Virus record (IMG/VR): IMGVR_UViG_3300037484_001941
Coordinates: 3,171 to 67,170 of that record
Length of the DNA: 64,000 nucleotides
Source of the DNA: a virus
Lineage: Duplodnaviria; Caudoviricetes
Reading direction: 5' to 3' (one strand)
Shown here: positions 27,297 through 37,115 of the stretch, piece after piece
How positions within the stretch are numbered: the first letter of the stretch is position 1
Layout of the letters: each line of letters opens with the position of its first letter
Translations under genes and position numbers: made by a program
Notes under the pieces: model-generated
Told to the model about the DNA's origin: nothing
Seen by the model: the letters and a program-made list of their open reading frames with translations, nothing else
Database searches by the model: none

Positions 27297-28658
27297 ATGG
27301 CGATTATTACAGATCCTGACAATTTAAACCAAGCTACCGAGGTAACTATTACACCTGCCTCTAAGACCATAGGTTTGAATATAGCAGGGAATTTGAGTAC
27401 TGATGGCGTTGGCCTACAGTGCCTCTACTCTTTCCTGAAGGAAGAGTGGAAAACAGACACCAATTTGATCAAGTACCCTTTTCCTATGTTGGCCATAACG
27501 GAGGAAAAGTTCGAGCTTATCAACGGGTGGGATTTTGTTGACACAACCACACGGGAGCTTATTAGAACTGGAGGGTGGGCTCTTAAGGACCTAAGTGGTG
27601 TCACTCAAGAAGAATATGCGGGTATCATTTCTCTGGGCTCTTTGGGCGGAACCGACCAGGTTTACTATCAGCAAGTTACTGCTGGTGCGGCCATCAATGT
27701 TGTTTTGCAGGGGGCGGTTAATCAAGCGGTCAAAACTTACGGCGATGCCTCCCACGGCAACTTTGACTACCGCAGCTACTTTAAGATATTCTGTCGTGAA
27801 TATCAGAAATCCTATGCTTCCGCGCAACTAAGTGACATCGGTGTTAGCACCATGACATATCAGGTGTACCGTTTCCCGGTCACCAACGCTTCTGACGTTA
27901 AGATTACCCACAATGACGTCACTGTTTCTGGGTCAGCCCCTTACAGCACGATGGGCATAGAGTGGTTTGGGGTTGCACAGCAAAGGAGCATCGGTGGAAC
28001 TAACCGAGACTTTCACGTTATTATAGATGGTAATGACGGAACAGCTGAGCAGATCTACGAATTTGTGCAGTGGTCCTTGAGAAGCTATGATGATATTGAT
28101 GATGGAGCAGGGGAAAAAGTCGGTAAGGTCACGAACGACTTAGTACGTTTTGTTGGTGACACCTTATACACTAGGCTTGATAGCACAGGTGGAGTCTACA
28201 TTGATAACTTCCAAACAATCGACCAGAACAGATTGGTATTTGTGGATGACGGTGGAACTGAGAGAACTTACCCATACGTTGCTATTCTTACCATACAGTT
28301 TGGTGACAACTTGGTGGCCGACGCAGGTGCTATATATAGAGTATTTTTCACCAACGATGATGCAGGAGATAATGCAGGGTATGACTTTGGAACAGCCAAT
28401 GCTATAACATGCAATACCAACCTGGGAGCTACCATGTCGGGCACAGTAGGAGGAGCATCTTCAGTTCAGCTAGCCTACGATTACGACGGTAATGTGCAGC
28501 GCGGGGCAGCGAGTGCCGCTACTGAGGCACCTATTACAGTCGTTGCTCTGGGGCTTGCAACGGCACAGTATGTTAAAGCAGCAGGTTCAATCACTAGGAG
28601 CACAGCTAACGTTGTGTCCTTGGTTTCTCCGTTGGAACGTAACTACGTTAATCCGTAA
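27297..28658 (+). CDS. virion structural protein
   Basis: GGAGGA SD, 453 aa; its C-terminus (LERNYVNP) echoes that of 25596-27164 (FDRVYSNP). Confidence 0.75.
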   Translation: MAIITDPDNLNQATEVTITPASKTIGLNIAGNLSTDGVGLQCLYSFLKEEWKTDTNLIKYPFPMLAITEEKFELINGWDFVDTTTRELIRTGGWALKDLSGVTQEEYAGIISLGSLGGTDQVYYQQVTAGAAINVVLQGAVNQAVKTYGDASHGNFDYRSYFKIFCREYQKSYASAQLSDIGVSTMTYQVYRFPVTNASDVKITHNDVTVSGSAPYSTMGIEWFGVAQQRSIGGTNRDFHVIIDGNDGTAEQIYEFVQWSLRSYDDIDDGAGEKVGKVTNDLVRFVGDTLYTRLDSTGGVYIDNFQTIDQNRLVFVDDGGTERTYPYVAILTIQFGDNLVADAGAIYRVFFTNDDAGDNAGYDFGTANAITCNTNLGATMSGTVGGASSVQLAYDYDGNVQRGAASAATEAPITVVALGLATAQYVKAAGSITRSTANVVSLVSPLERNYVNP

Positions 28659-28700
28659 CATAAATTAATATCCCTATAAGCAAGGGAGTAAGGGGGAGGA

Positions 28701-29045
28701 ATGGTCTATAAGATAAGAGAATTATTGACTCTCTTGGGAAATGTAGGTAAAATGGATATAACAATTGGGGTATCAGAGACACTCCCTGTCGAGTGTCTCT
28801 TTATTCTTAAGGATAAAGCGCTGTATGATAAAGTAGAGACTAGTATTGAGTATCTAGATAGGATGGCTCAGATTCCAAACAGGACTTTCCTTGCAGAGGA
28901 ATCAATTGCTCGTTTACTGGTAGCCTTGGGTCAGAACCTCAAGCTGCTGGTAAATCTTAGCTATAACGAGATACTAGACAGGGACTGCCTGATACTTTTT
29001 AATAGCCCAGAATTAGTCGATAGGATTTATCATGGGAAAGTTTAG
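28701..29045 (+). CDS. hypothetical protein
   Basis: GGAGGA SD; 114 aa. Confidence 0.65.
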   Translation: MVYKIRELLTLLGNVGKMDITIGVSETLPVECLFILKDKALYDKVETSIEYLDRMAQIPNRTFLAEESIARLLVALGQNLKLLVNLSYNEILDRDCLILFNSPELVDRIYHGKV

Positions 29046-29095
29046 GTAAGGGTTACTAAGCCTTAAGAATATGTACGGCCCCGTGATGGAGTTAA

Positions 29096-29701
29096 ATGAT
29101 GGGTGTTTTATTTGATGGTCCCAACAGACTAATTATCGTGGCGTCAGGCACACTAAGTATAGACATGACGAGTGTCTATTCGCGGTGGAAAGACTGGGTT
29201 AGGGTCTCTGATAATTCCAAGTATTTGAAAGCTTTTAGTGTGGTCGGGGGAGAGCCCACAGTCCAAGGCCAGTATATTACTCCCTACTTCTTTTTAGAAA
29301 ATGGCTGGAAAATTGATGCCAGCTCTCAATCCATTTATCAGTACCACCCCTTAGACGTGACTGGTATAGTCCTGCAAGCCCAGGGTGGGTCCCCTTGGTA
29401 CAGCGATCCTAGCTGGCCTTTAACCATCGTAAGAAATATTGTGCCTATTAGAACAGAAACCGTTACTACGACTGGGGGAGAACCAATCAGTATATCTGAT
29501 ATTTTTTCCTACAGCGTGGAAGACGGGCTCTCATTCCAGTCGGCGCTCCGGGTGTTGGTGTCTGTTTTAGCAGGAAAGTCTGTCGTGATCGACGGGGAGC
29601 CTGTGGTTATGAAGTTTAGGGATGTCAATGATACTACGGACAGGGTGACAGCTGAGGTAGAAGGAAGTAACCGGGTAGAGGTTACATTAGATACAACATA
29701 A
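29096..29701 (+). CDS. virion-associated hypothetical protein
   Basis: FDGPNRLI...YSRWKDW...YFFLENGWKI pattern typical of phage structural accessory proteins. Confidence 0.65.
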   Translation: MMGVLFDGPNRLIIVASGTLSIDMTSVYSRWKDWVRVSDNSKYLKAFSVVGGEPTVQGQYITPYFFLENGWKIDASSQSIYQYHPLDVTGIVLQAQGGSPWYSDPSWPLTIVRNIVPIRTETVTTTGGEPISISDIFSYSVEDGLSFQSALRVLVSVLAGKSVVIDGEPVVMKFRDVNDTTDRVTAEVEGSNRVEVTLDTT

Positions 29702-29712
29702 GAGAGGGAAAG

Positions 29713-29919
29713 ATGTCAAACGATATTATCGCGGGTGTATTCGGAAAGATATTTTCCATGTTAGCAGAGAATCCAGAGAAGAACATAACTTTGGCAGAGG
29801 ATTTGTGGGACCTAGTGCCCAGCTACGAGTTTGACCTATTTTTAATGGGGTGCGATGAATCCCTTGTAAAGCTAGGCTTAGCTGAGCGGGGACCGGACGG
29901 ATTCATGCAATACAAATAA
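29713..29919 (+). CDS. hypothetical protein
   Basis: 68 aa, in operon order. Confidence 0.55.
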   Translation: MSNDIIAGVFGKIFSMLAENPEKNITLAEDLWDLVPSYEFDLFLMGCDESLVKLGLAERGPDGFMQYK

Positions 29920-29922
29920 ACA

Positions 29923-30465
29923 ATGAGAAGCTATAGGTATGTAAACATAATATCTCCGACAACAGCTGCGGGAGGAACTCTTCCACAGAATTTTACGCTT
30001 GATGATATACCTAATGGCTCTCAGTATGGAAAGGTGGCCCTGTCTGAGTTAACTGAAAGCGGGACAATAATCTATCCAGACATTAATATTGACGGGGCTA
30101 TTGTTACGCTTACGTTTCCTGATACTCTAATCAAGGCCAGCTTTATGCCGGTCGAGACTAAGGCCACTGTGACGGGGGTCCGAATAAATCTAGAGAATCA
30201 AGGCGGAGGCTCTAGCTTTGATTACATGGGTTTTTACGATTACTTGATAGACCAAGGAATGACTATAAGCGGGGTCTCTCCTGTAGCGATGGTTTCCTAT
30301 ATAGATAATTACTTTATGGGCCCGGGCCAGGACAACGAGAGCGTCAGCATCTACATCAACAATGATCTGATGACTTTTTCTGGCACAAAGCTAAGGGGAG
30401 AGCACGTGACTATTCTCGATGGAGAGTTCATAGGTTCACTCGTAATAGACGGGGGAGAGTGTTAA
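29923..30465 (+). CDS. hypothetical virion protein
   Basis: 180 aa; stop abuts the tail-fibre start. Confidence 0.65.
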   Translation: MRSYRYVNIISPTTAAGGTLPQNFTLDDIPNGSQYGKVALSELTESGTIIYPDINIDGAIVTLTFPDTLIKASFMPVETKATVTGVRINLENQGGGSSFDYMGFYDYLIDQGMTISGVSPVAMVSYIDNYFMGPGQDNESVSIYINNDLMTFSGTKLRGEHVTILDGEFIGSLVIDGGEC

Positions 30466-33400
30466 GTGGTAATCAGCGGCTCACGAATGAGATTGAAAAG
30501 AGGCCCAGAAAGCCACGTCCTCGCGCAGGATCTTTATCGCGGGGAGTTGGCTTTAGCTACAGATACACAAACTGTCTTCGCTTACGATGGCACACAGAAG
30601 TTCCCTGTCGGTAAGGCCATTGTTGATTCTTACGACCAAATAACTACTTACAGCGGCATGGAAGGAAGATTCTTCTATGCTTATGACCACGGCCTGCTTT
30701 ATGTAAACCATGAAAACAATTGGTTACCAACTTCTGATACCCCCACAGCGGATTATTTATTGTGGTCCGACATAGATAGAAACTCTTCTGGTCTAATTAG
30801 TGGCGGGGCTTTAAGCACAGGTACAGGGGGTGGCACTATTAATGTAGCCTCTGGTGTTGGATACATTAATTTGGGCACGGGTAATGGGGGGTCCTATAGG
30901 CGGGTTACCTGGGATAATTTTGTAGATCAGGCTTGTGTACAAATCACATATAATTATGTGGCAATTGATATTAATGGAAATATCAACATAAGTGCTACTG
31001 AACAAGATGCCAGAAATTATATACGACTAGGTTGTATGTACTTACGCCAAACGGGAGTTATCATTGCTAAATGGAATACGCCTCACTGGGTTGGAAATTA
31101 CCAGGAAAGAAATAATAAATTTATTAGACACGCTTTCGGAACTATTATAACTGAGGGTTTTGCAGTTAATAGCTATCCAGCTCCCAGTGGCCTTAATTTA
31201 CATATTGGTGCTGGTAATATGTTTATTGGTCTTACCGAGTTCACTTATCCAGCAACTGATTCATTTATAAAGCTTTATTACACCCATGTGAGCGGTACAG
31301 CAACAAGTTATACGAACCCTAACCAAGTAGACCCTAACTACTGGAATGATCCTACTCAGAATAGCTCCGCGACCGCATTAATTCCGATGACTAGCGGTTA
31401 TTGGAAAAAGGATATGATGGTAAAACATCCTGGAGGAAATACCTATTATTCTTATGGTACAGCGGAGTTTCCAACATACGACGAGGCCGTAGCTAGTCCC
31501 CTTCCGTCAAGCTCTTCTTTTCTTGCCCCCGACGGGAATGCTTTCTTGTGCACCTTTGTTGTTCAACAAGGCGCGACTACTATTTCTGGTGGCTTCTATG
31601 ACATTCGTCCTAATTTTGCAAGAATTTTTGAGTCGGAATCTATTACTGGAACCGGTGGGAATTTAATAAGTTATACGGATTTAATTAATAAGCCTTTCAT
31701 CCCCGCTACTAGCGACGACCTCACAGACGGGCAAGACTATAAGCAATACTCCGCGACAGATAAGGCTGCCGTGGCTGCAATACCCACAACCAGTGGAGAT
31801 ATAGTTGGTTGGGCTTATGACCATGTTGATACGGTAAGTGGGGTTATATCAGCTGCGGGGATTGAGTTGTACAATCAAGGTATAGAATATGTAAATGCCT
31901 ATGTTAAGCCTTATCACTATTTGTCAGTGTCTGCCTCTGGGGGAGACTTCCAGTCTATACAGGCAGCCATTGATAGTATAACAATTACTGATTTTGAGAA
32001 TGAATATTGGGTCATTCAAGTGCACCCTGGTGTTTATTCTGAAGATGTATATCTGAAAGATAATGTGGACTTGGTAGGCGACTCTTATGATACTTCCATA
32101 ATAGACGGTAGCTTGCATTGGATGGCTGAATACGGGTGTACAGATGGCTACTGGTCTGCTATACAAAATATTACTATACAAGCAGATACTTCGGCAAGTG
32201 GGTATTATACTATTCATTGTGATGCTGGTTACCATGATATAGTGAATGCTTACGTATGGTTAACAACTGACGGGGTCGGCGGCAGCTGTGTAATGATGGA
32301 GGGGGGTAGTATTGCTTCCTATCTGACCATGTATGAGTATGATCATACGGGTGACACCAGTGATGATCCCGACGATAACCATCGCTGTGTTCGTGGGTTA
32401 GGGGGCACATACGAAAGTGAGGCTGACAAGTATGTAATGTACGTAGAGGATACTACGCCAGGTAGGATTGTGTCTGTCATTAGTCAGCGTAGCCCCGCTC
32501 AAGAAGATAAGACGGTAGTGGTGGCAGCAAACATAGATGTGATCGTGGGTTCAGGGTTTGCTGGGGTTGTAGAACCTTTTCGAATACAAGGTGGTTCCCT
32601 AGTAAATTCCATTAATGCCACTAAGTTACACGTCGAATCTCTAGGGGGAGGAACTGCCTTCGGATATTATGTAGACTCTCTAGAAGTAGGTAACACACAG
32701 AGTAGAGTTTATTCTACTGCTAATCGGGTTACTTTGCTAGGATTTGATACAGATTATTTTGCCCATGTTGGATCCCAAGATTATTTTGCTAGTCATTTCG
32801 ATGACGTTATTTGTTCTAGCGGGGTACAAGGGGATATTCTTAATTACCAAATGGTGTCTTCTGAGATTGATGGCCAACTAAGAGTTACTGATCACATAAA
32901 AGTTGGAAGAGGAAATACTGCTGACAGGGATTTTATGGAGTTTGATATAGGACAAGAGCAGTCTAATCCTGCTTTAAGTTACAAACATAATTACATAACG
33001 CATGCAGCGGGGCCATTAGGACAACAACAAATCCATCATGGTTTGATTTATAACAACCCGGTCCAGGGCGGAGCTGTGTTTGGGTGCCATGCTCAAGACG
33101 GAGATGCAGAGTTTTCCATGACCACTTCCGGTAACGACGCTTATTGGTATGGGCAATACCTAATGATGCGCGCCCAGCATCCTGCGAGTGGGACTAAGTC
33201 ATGGTTAGTTGGTACACAGTCTCAGACTCAGAATTACCAGATAAGGGTACAAGAGCCTACGGGTGGGCCTGTTTCGGTACTTAATATAGACCGCTCTGGT
33301 GGATTAATGCTCAAATCTGGTGTAAGAGTAACCACTATACTGGATGAAGATACTATGGCCTCTAACACGGCGTCTGGGATTCCTACTCAACAATCAGTCA

Positions 33401-34386
33401 AGGCTTATGTAGACAACACAGAGCAGGCAGTAGTAAATTGGGTAGAAGCTAGGCACTATGTTGTTTCAGGCACTGTTCCTGTGAACCTGTGTGGGGACGC
33501 CTTATTTAGTGTAAGTGGCACCGAAATCGCACATAATTTAAACAATTTGGAGCACTTTTCCGGGGTGACCCCGACAGTTACCGGCGGGGTAGATGCTGCT
33601 AAAGTAGGAGTTATTTATGTGTCCAGAGGTTTGACCGCTGATACTGTGTATAATACAGGCGGATCTGACGCGGCGGGCTTGCCTTTTATGTGGCATGTGA
33701 GTGGTCTTCCTTATGTAGAACCACCTCCTGAGGTCTTGTCCCCACTGCACGTCACCGATTGTGGCCTGTGGTTAGTTTCCGATCAAGGAGTCACCCTGGA
33801 TGGTACAGAGGTAAGTTACTGGGAAGACCAGGCCGACGGGCACGATTTGGGTAACACTTTTGAGTTTTATAGGCCGTCTGTTGCTACAAACTATATCAAT
33901 GGACACCCGGCCCTGTATTTCTCCGATGGTTACCAGCCGCTCTTCTGGGAAGGCTTTGGGAACAATAGGGGGTGGGGGGCTGTCGTAGAGAATTGGGAGT
34001 GCTACGTTGTCTGGAAGGACACAGGAACGTTTTCTTATGGAAGGTTCATCTATGCTCCCTATGTCAGTTTGAGTTCTTACAATGGTTACCCAACGGTGGA
34101 ATTCGCTGACGGTAACCTGGTGAGTAGTCATATCACAACAGCGATGTCTATTGTACGTTTTCGCTGGAATTCAACCAGTGCATGGGTCTCAGTAAATAAT
34201 TCAGCTGAAGAGACCACGTCAGGGAAGACAGCAAAGACAAGAACTATTTGGGAATCTTTAGATTTCGACAGTCAGATGATTGGGTATGTACCTGAGATAA
34301 TTGCATTCCCTAGATTTTTGGACAGCGAAGAAAGCACTTACATCTTGAACTACCTCAGCCTGAGGTATGGTATCGCAATAAGTTAA
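30466..34386 (+). CDS. large tail fibre / receptor-binding protein (1306 aa)
   Basis: N-terminal KRG...GELALATDT...YDG fibre-anchor pattern, VSASGGDFQSIQAAIDSI beta-helix cap, LamG-like C-terminal domain. Confidence 0.8.
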   Translation: MVISGSRMRLKRGPESHVLAQDLYRGELALATDTQTVFAYDGTQKFPVGKAIVDSYDQITTYSGMEGRFFYAYDHGLLYVNHENNWLPTSDTPTADYLLWSDIDRNSSGLISGGALSTGTGGGTINVASGVGYINLGTGNGGSYRRVTWDNFVDQACVQITYNYVAIDINGNINISATEQDARNYIRLGCMYLRQTGVIIAKWNTPHWVGNYQERNNKFIRHAFGTIITEGFAVNSYPAPSGLNLHIGAGNMFIGLTEFTYPATDSFIKLYYTHVSGTATSYTNPNQVDPNYWNDPTQNSSATALIPMTSGYWKKDMMVKHPGGNTYYSYGTAEFPTYDEAVASPLPSSSSFLAPDGNAFLCTFVVQQGATTISGGFYDIRPNFARIFESESITGTGGNLISYTDLINKPFIPATSDDLTDGQDYKQYSATDKAAVAAIPTTSGDIVGWAYDHVDTVSGVISAAGIELYNQGIEYVNAYVKPYHYLSVSASGGDFQSIQAAIDSITITDFENEYWVIQVHPGVYSEDVYLKDNVDLVGDSYDTSIIDGSLHWMAEYGCTDGYWSAIQNITIQADTSASGYYTIHCDAGYHDIVNAYVWLTTDGVGGSCVMMEGGSIASYLTMYEYDHTGDTSDDPDDNHRCVRGLGGTYESEADKYVMYVEDTTPGRIVSVISQRSPAQEDKTVVVAANIDVIVGSGFAGVVEPFRIQGGSLVNSINATKLHVESLGGGTAFGYYVDSLEVGNTQSRVYSTANRVTLLGFDTDYFAHVGSQDYFASHFDDVICSSGVQGDILNYQMVSSEIDGQLRVTDHIKVGRGNTADRDFMEFDIGQEQSNPALSYKHNYITHAAGPLGQQQIHHGLIYNNPVQGGAVFGCHAQDGDAEFSMTTSGNDAYWYGQYLMMRAQHPASGTKSWLVGTQSQTQNYQIRVQEPTGGPVSVLNIDRSGGLMLKSGVRVTTILDEDTMASNTASGIPTQQSVKAYVDNTEQAVVNWVEARHYVVSGTVPVNLCGDALFSVSGTEIAHNLNNLEHFSGVTPTVTGGVDAAKVGVIYVSRGLTADTVYNTGGSDAAGLPFMWHVSGLPYVEPPPEVLSPLHVTDCGLWLVSDQGVTLDGTEVSYWEDQADGHDLGNTFEFYRPSVATNYINGHPALYFSDGYQPLFWEGFGNNRGWGAVVENWECYVVWKDTGTFSYGRFIYAPYVSLSSYNGYPTVEFADGNLVSSHITTAMSIVRFRWNSTSAWVSVNNSAEETTSGKTAKTRTIWESLDFDSQMIGYVPEIIAFPRFLDSEESTYILNYLSLRYGIAIS

Positions 34387-34400
34387 AAGGAAAGGAAGTA

Positions 34401-35126
34401 ATGTCAACAATACTTTTCTCGGATCTCCACATCGGGGATCATAAAAGTAAGCATGTACAGATGTGCAATTTTTTGGAGTCCCGGGAGGACATAAAGTCTG
34501 TTGTTATAGTTGGAGATTTATTCGACCTATGGGTGACGAGCGCGGGCCGGTCGTTTAAGGAAGCAAAGTATTTCTTGGATTATCTTTATAATAGGTTTCA
34601 GGGTGACATCATTTATTTGAGCGGGAATCACGATGAGGACTTGCAGTATATAAAGTCCTTGCATGGGATTCCCATAAAGCAATTTCACCACTTCAATTTA
34701 GGCCGTAAAAGCGTGGTTGTTTGTCATGGGCATCAGTATGATCACAACTTTTATTTAGAGAAGGCCACTTTACTAGCAAAGGGAAATGCCTGGGTAGTCA
34801 ATAGGGTCGACAGGTGGTTTGGCATTGACACCCGTAAGATACTAACTAGCTTGTCAGACGCTATACAAAAGGACCCTTTGGGGAAGATTATTTTCACTTA
34901 CGAGCACGTGTTGAAGCAGACTTTCACCGGTGTACACGATATAATCATCACAGGGCATACACATACACCGTGTATTAAGAGATTTAACAGACTAACTTAC
35001 ATTAACGTTGGAGATAGCATGCAGCACTCCACGGCAGTTATTCTAGAGGGGACCCGGTTCTCTCTACTAGATTATATACAAGGAAATGAGATTAGTTTCT
35101 TTGAAGCAGGAGATGACAAAGTGTAG
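34401..35126 (+). CDS. calcineurin-like metallophosphoesterase (LpxH-like)
   Basis: SDLHIG, GDLFD, GNHD, HGH and GHTH motifs all present. Confidence 0.88.
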   Translation: MSTILFSDLHIGDHKSKHVQMCNFLESREDIKSVVIVGDLFDLWVTSAGRSFKEAKYFLDYLYNRFQGDIIYLSGNHDEDLQYIKSLHGIPIKQFHHFNLGRKSVVVCHGHQYDHNFYLEKATLLAKGNAWVVNRVDRWFGIDTRKILTSLSDAIQKDPLGKIIFTYEHVLKQTFTGVHDIIITGHTHTPCIKRFNRLTYINVGDSMQHSTAVILEGTRFSLLDYIQGNEISFFEAGDDKV

Positions 35127-35129
35127 ACA

Positions 35130-35729
35130 ATGAAAACACTGGAACCGCGGTACAATATGGATCGAGCTGTTGATCCTAACTACGGGCCAGGAATGATAGG
35201 GTTTTCGTACAGAGACAACTCTGTAGTGTCCAGGGGAATAGCGTGGTTTACGCAGGAGGAACATGACAGGATAGTGCCCTCGCACACTTTCATAGTTAGA
35301 GACAAAACAAAGCTTGTAGAAGCACACTTTCCCGAAGTGCGCGAAGCGGAGCTGTCTGAATATTTCGACAATCCGCACATTGTAGTTTTTTTCAAGAAGC
35401 CGAAAGAGCTGACCATTAAAGAGATTGATGTCCTGGTTTTTAACGCATTACTCCATCTGGGAAGAAAGTATGACGTTGGTTCTTACGGTTATTACCTGGT
35501 CAGGAAGTTGCTGAGATTACTCGGGCGTTTTGAGCCAAACAAGGACAAGCCTTCAAAGTTTAATTCCCCCGAGGCCTGGGTATGTTCTGAGCTGGTTTCC
35601 CATTGTCTAAAAATGGTACCTAAATATGCTAACCTATTTCCTTTATCAGAATATCATCCGTCCAAGATAGATCCCGTGATGCTGTTTAGGTCGGAGGAAC
35701 TTTTTCAACCATGGAGTTTTGATGTTTAA
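35130..35729 (+). CDS. permuted papain-like NlpC/P60 (YiiX-like) protein
   Basis: N-terminal SHTFIV His, GRKYD, C-terminal WVCSELV Cys. Confidence 0.75.
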   Translation: MKTLEPRYNMDRAVDPNYGPGMIGFSYRDNSVVSRGIAWFTQEEHDRIVPSHTFIVRDKTKLVEAHFPEVREAELSEYFDNPHIVVFFKKPKELTIKEIDVLVFNALLHLGRKYDVGSYGYYLVRKLLRLLGRFEPNKDKPSKFNSPEAWVCSELVSHCLKMVPKYANLFPLSEYHPSKIDPVMLFRSEELFQPWSFDV

Positions 35730-36039
35730 ACCTCAGCCCTCAGACATATCCAACACACCCTTACAGGGCACCCTTAACGGAATACCACTCATTCAAAACC
35801 TGACTACGTACTCCGGGGAGTGGTATCCCATCATTTTAGAATTCGAAGAATCCAAACAAATGATTTTGCAGCCACGCTTGGCTGTAGACTGGTATTTTTC
35901 TACCACGTCCGGGGGGAATTATTTTACCCTTCGGCAAGGAGCAGCTCTACAGGCTCCTATTGTCACAACATCTGGGACCACGATAGGGTGGGTTTCGTGT
36001 AACCAAAATGTAGTTTTTGAACTGCTTACAGGACGGTAA
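35719..36039 (+). CDS. hypothetical virion protein
   Basis: 106 aa, beta-rich, overlaps the previous stop. Confidence 0.6.
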   Translation: MMFKPQPSDISNTPLQGTLNGIPLIQNLTTYSGEWYPIILEFEESKQMILQPRLAVDWYFSTTSGGNYFTLRQGAALQAPIVTTSGTTIGWVSCNQNVVFELLTGR

Positions 36040-36041
36040 AC

Positions 36042-37103
36042 ATGGGCCCAGGGCTTAAGATCATATACCCACCAACTACTATCTCTGGCTTAGCGGGGCT
36101 CCTTACTTATTTACAAGAGGGCGTTTGGTACATAGATCCGTCTAGTTTAGAAGTTTCAATATCCGGAAGCGGAGGTATTATTGCTACCCTTGTAGACAGA
36201 GAGTGGATCGTAGACGGGTCCAATCTAATCGGCGCTGGAGGAGGGGGTGGAGCAGCCGGAAATAATACAGTAAGCGGAGTCGCAGGAGAAAATCTCTTAC
36301 CTTTTGATACCGTGTATGAGAGTATAACCGACGGACTATTCTATAAAGCGTTCAACAACGGCCTAGCTTACCAGGCTGATGCTATTGGCATGGTGACACA
36401 CCCAGTTACTATTGTGACCGGTCAAGCTGGAGAGATTACTCTCGAAGGTTCCGTGATGAACGACGGCTGGGATTGGGCCGAAGGCAAACCCCTGTATGTG
36501 AGTAGCACACCGGGCATATTAGTAGATACTCCTACTACGGTTTCCGGGCAGTTTGCCAAGCCCGTAGCCCAAGCAATCAGCAATATAAGAGTATGGGTTC
36601 ACCCAGAGTTAGGTTGGGAAGTTGGCGGAATCTACGATCAGGTTATAATTACTCAGCAGCAGGGCCAGAAGGGGGATCCTGGGCCCGTAGGACCCGCTTC
36701 GCAAGTCCCTGGTCCGGTGGGACCACAAGTTACGTACATCTCCCTCCCCGGAGTGGCCGGAGAGACCTTGGCTCAATATGATGTGGTTTATCAAGATCAT
36801 ACCGATTCCGGTAAATATAAGATAGCTGTATGTAGTGATCTTGCCAAAGCAGATGCTTGTGGAATGGTAATTCAGCAGGGGGGCATTGTCAACGGAAATA
36901 CAGGAGACATATTAATATGGGGTTATATAACTGATGAAAGCTGGAACTGGATTTCTGGTAAGAATCTTTTCTTGTCTAGTACACCAGGGGTTTTTACTCA
37001 GGATGAGCCCACTACTTCGGGATACTACGGAAAACCATTAGGTAGGACACCAACTACATCAGGAATTTGGTTTAATTCAGAATTAGGATGGCTTATAAAT
37101 TAA
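36042..37103 (+). CDS. virion protein with two internal repeats and a short collagen-like linker
   Basis: GVAGENL.../GVAGETL... repeats, each with AxGMV...WxW...K.L..SSTPG, joined by GQKGDPGPVGP. Confidence 0.75.
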   Translation: MGPGLKIIYPPTTISGLAGLLTYLQEGVWYIDPSSLEVSISGSGGIIATLVDREWIVDGSNLIGAGGGGGAAGNNTVSGVAGENLLPFDTVYESITDGLFYKAFNNGLAYQADAIGMVTHPVTIVTGQAGEITLEGSVMNDGWDWAEGKPLYVSSTPGILVDTPTTVSGQFAKPVAQAISNIRVWVHPELGWEVGGIYDQVIITQQQGQKGDPGPVGPASQVPGPVGPQVTYISLPGVAGETLAQYDVVYQDHTDSGKYKIAVCSDLAKADACGMVIQQGGIVNGNTGDILIWGYITDESWNWISGKNLFLSSTPGVFTQDEPTTSGYYGKPLGRTPTTSGIWFNSELGWLIN

Positions 37104-37115
37104 GGAGAAAGATAG

